A stretch of DNA of 49,938 nt, taken from NCBI GenBank assembly GCA_048213135.1, contig PS015192.1, positions 110,769 through 160,706 on the forward strand, read 5' to 3'. The notes under the pieces are model-generated. The model searched no databases, had not been told where the DNA came from, and saw nothing but the letters and a program-made list of their open reading frames with translations. Shown piece after piece: positions 48,401 to 49,938 of this stretch. How positions within the stretch are numbered: the first letter of the stretch is position 1; each line of letters starts with the position of its first letter. A program made the position numbers and the translations under genes. Source of the stretch: Reclinomonas americana ATCC 50394. Its lineage: Eukaryota.

Positions 48401-49938
48401 NNNNNNNNNNNNNNNNNNNNNNNNNNNNNNNNNNNNNNNNNNNNNNNNNNNNNNNNNNNNNNNNNNNNNNNNNNNNNNNNNNNNNNNNNNNNNNNNNNNN
48501 NNNNNNNNNNNNNNNNNNNNNNNNNNNNNNNNNNNNNNNNNNNNNNNNNNNNNNNNNNNNNNNNNNNNNNNNNNNNNNNNNNNNNNNNNNNNNNNNNNNN
48601 NNNNNNNNNNNNNNNNNNNNNNNNNNNNNNNNNNNNNNNNNNNNNNNNNNNNNNNNNNNNNNNNNNNNNNNNNNNNNNNNNNNNNNNNNNNNNNNNNNNN
48701 NNNNNNNNNNNNNNNNNNNNNCTCCTGATGCGCAGCGGCCACCTCACCGCGATGGCGCACCACCGCCGCGTCCAGCTCGGCGCGCAGTTGACCAGCCGCT
48801 GCTGTCGCCTGGGGCGCGCACATACACACATGCGTGGTGAGTAATCTCATTCCTGCGTGCGTGCTTGGTTGCATTCTCTTCTCACGCGACACCAACCTGC
48901 GCCTGTGCATCGAGGAGCTGCTTCTTCTCACGCTCCAGCGTCTGGACGGCATTCTTCAGCTGCTCAATGTCGCCACGCAGACCGGCAATCGTGCGGTCGC
49001 GCTCGGCAAGAGTGCGTGCCTGCTGCTCGGCGAGCGACGCGGCATCCGAGGCCTCTGTGTTTCGACGATTGAACTTGTCGGTGGCCTGCGGGGAGATGAG
49101 CCAACAGGGAGAGACATTGGTGCGGGTGTGAGGATCGACAAACCTGCGCCAGACGGCTCTCCAAATCCTTGATTTGTGCCTGTCGCGCAGTCGCCTCCTT
49201 GCTGGCCTCATCCAACCGCTCGTCACGCTTGCGCGTCTCGGCCTCCGCGTCGGCCACTCGACGCGCCAGCTTCTCCTGCTCCGCTCGCGCCTGTGCCGCC
49301 TGCCGACTCATCTCGTCCTGCAGCTCCTGCACACGAGTCGACGTGTTGCGACCGTCGGCACGCAGATCGGCCACCTGCTGCTCGGCTGCGGCACGAGCCT
49401 CCTTGCATGCTGCGAGTGCCGCCTCCAGGTCCTTCTTCTCCTTCTCGAGTTGCGCGTTCTTGGCAGCGGCGCGACTCTTGTCGGTCTCCAGTTCGCCGAT
49501 GCGATCCTTGCACTTTTGCAGATCCACCGCCAGCGTCTGCTTTTCGGCAGTGCTCTCGTCCNNNNNNNNNNNNNNNNNNNNCTGGACGAGTTGACGGCCA
49601 AGGCTGCCGATTTGCGCTCCAAGGTGCAGGCCGCCGACCACGAACGCAAGGTGGCGAGTGAGCGTGCTGCGGCGGTGGAGCAGAAACTGGCGGCCACCGA
49701 CAAGGCCAAGGCCGAGCTTGAGCAGCGAGTGGCGCTGCTGGAGAGTGAGCTGGCCGAGTGGCGCAAGACGGCTGCCGATCGTGCCGCGGAGTTGAGCGAG
49801 GCCGAGGGCCGTGTGCACCAGGCAGAGCAGTCGATTGCTCGGCTGAATGCGCGTGCCAGTCACTTGGACGATCGCGTGGCGGCGCTGGAGCAGGCACTGC
49901 AGGCGGCACGTGACGAGGCCGCCAAGGCGCAACTGGCA
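42461..49938 (+). CDS. Kinesin-like protein: divergent N-terminal motor and long coiled coil; 3' truncated, with inverted contigs 43564-44073 and 48722-49561
   Basis: VAVR, TFDHVF, FTYGQERTGKTYT, VKVSFL, FVDGL, SQSHVV, FVDLAGS, VPYRDAKLT and MVVCVSP...IKNRP, followed by more than 3 kb of heptad-rich exons. Confidence 0.9.

Noticed and set aside
1-49938. The many overlapping antisense ORFs in the six-frame track, and tRNA/rRNA genes
   Set aside because: Shadow ORFs are expected in GC-rich coding DNA. No tRNA or rRNA signature was recognised by eye, and a covariance search was not possible.

Overview
Gene-dense, intron-rich eukaryotic (protist-like) scaffold with many N gaps. Introns are mostly short (about 50-100 nt) GT-AG, often with (CA)n/(AG)n microsatellites. 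I reconstructed exons by eye for about 19 genes: a membrane protein, a bacterial-type clan GH-A glycoside hydrolase, a possible (alpha/alpha)6-barrel protein, MIOS (GATOR2), a KynB/cyclase-family hydrolase, a lectin-like protein, a Ras-family GTPase, a Phi-1/EXORDIUM-like protein, TADA1, Ubc6/UBE2J, a small glycine-zipper protein, a Pol-beta-like polymerase, an aldo-keto reductase, a SapA+EGF secreted protein, a coiled-coil protein, a small membrane protein, a purple acid phosphatase, a DCN1-like protein and a kinesin-like protein. The most striking signal is a very frequent one-base-shifted 5' splice-site class, GTTGCG(T), which is almost never preceded by an exonic G. Other observations: a degenerate kinesin motor, coordinated loss of one RING zinc site in MIOS, a degenerate DCN1 cullin-binding patch, and a diverged ~1.7 kb tandem duplication with a small hairpin/CTAG element at its junction. 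Several gap-bounded gene pieces are inverted and are most likely scaffolding errors. All family assignments come from motif recognition, not database searches.
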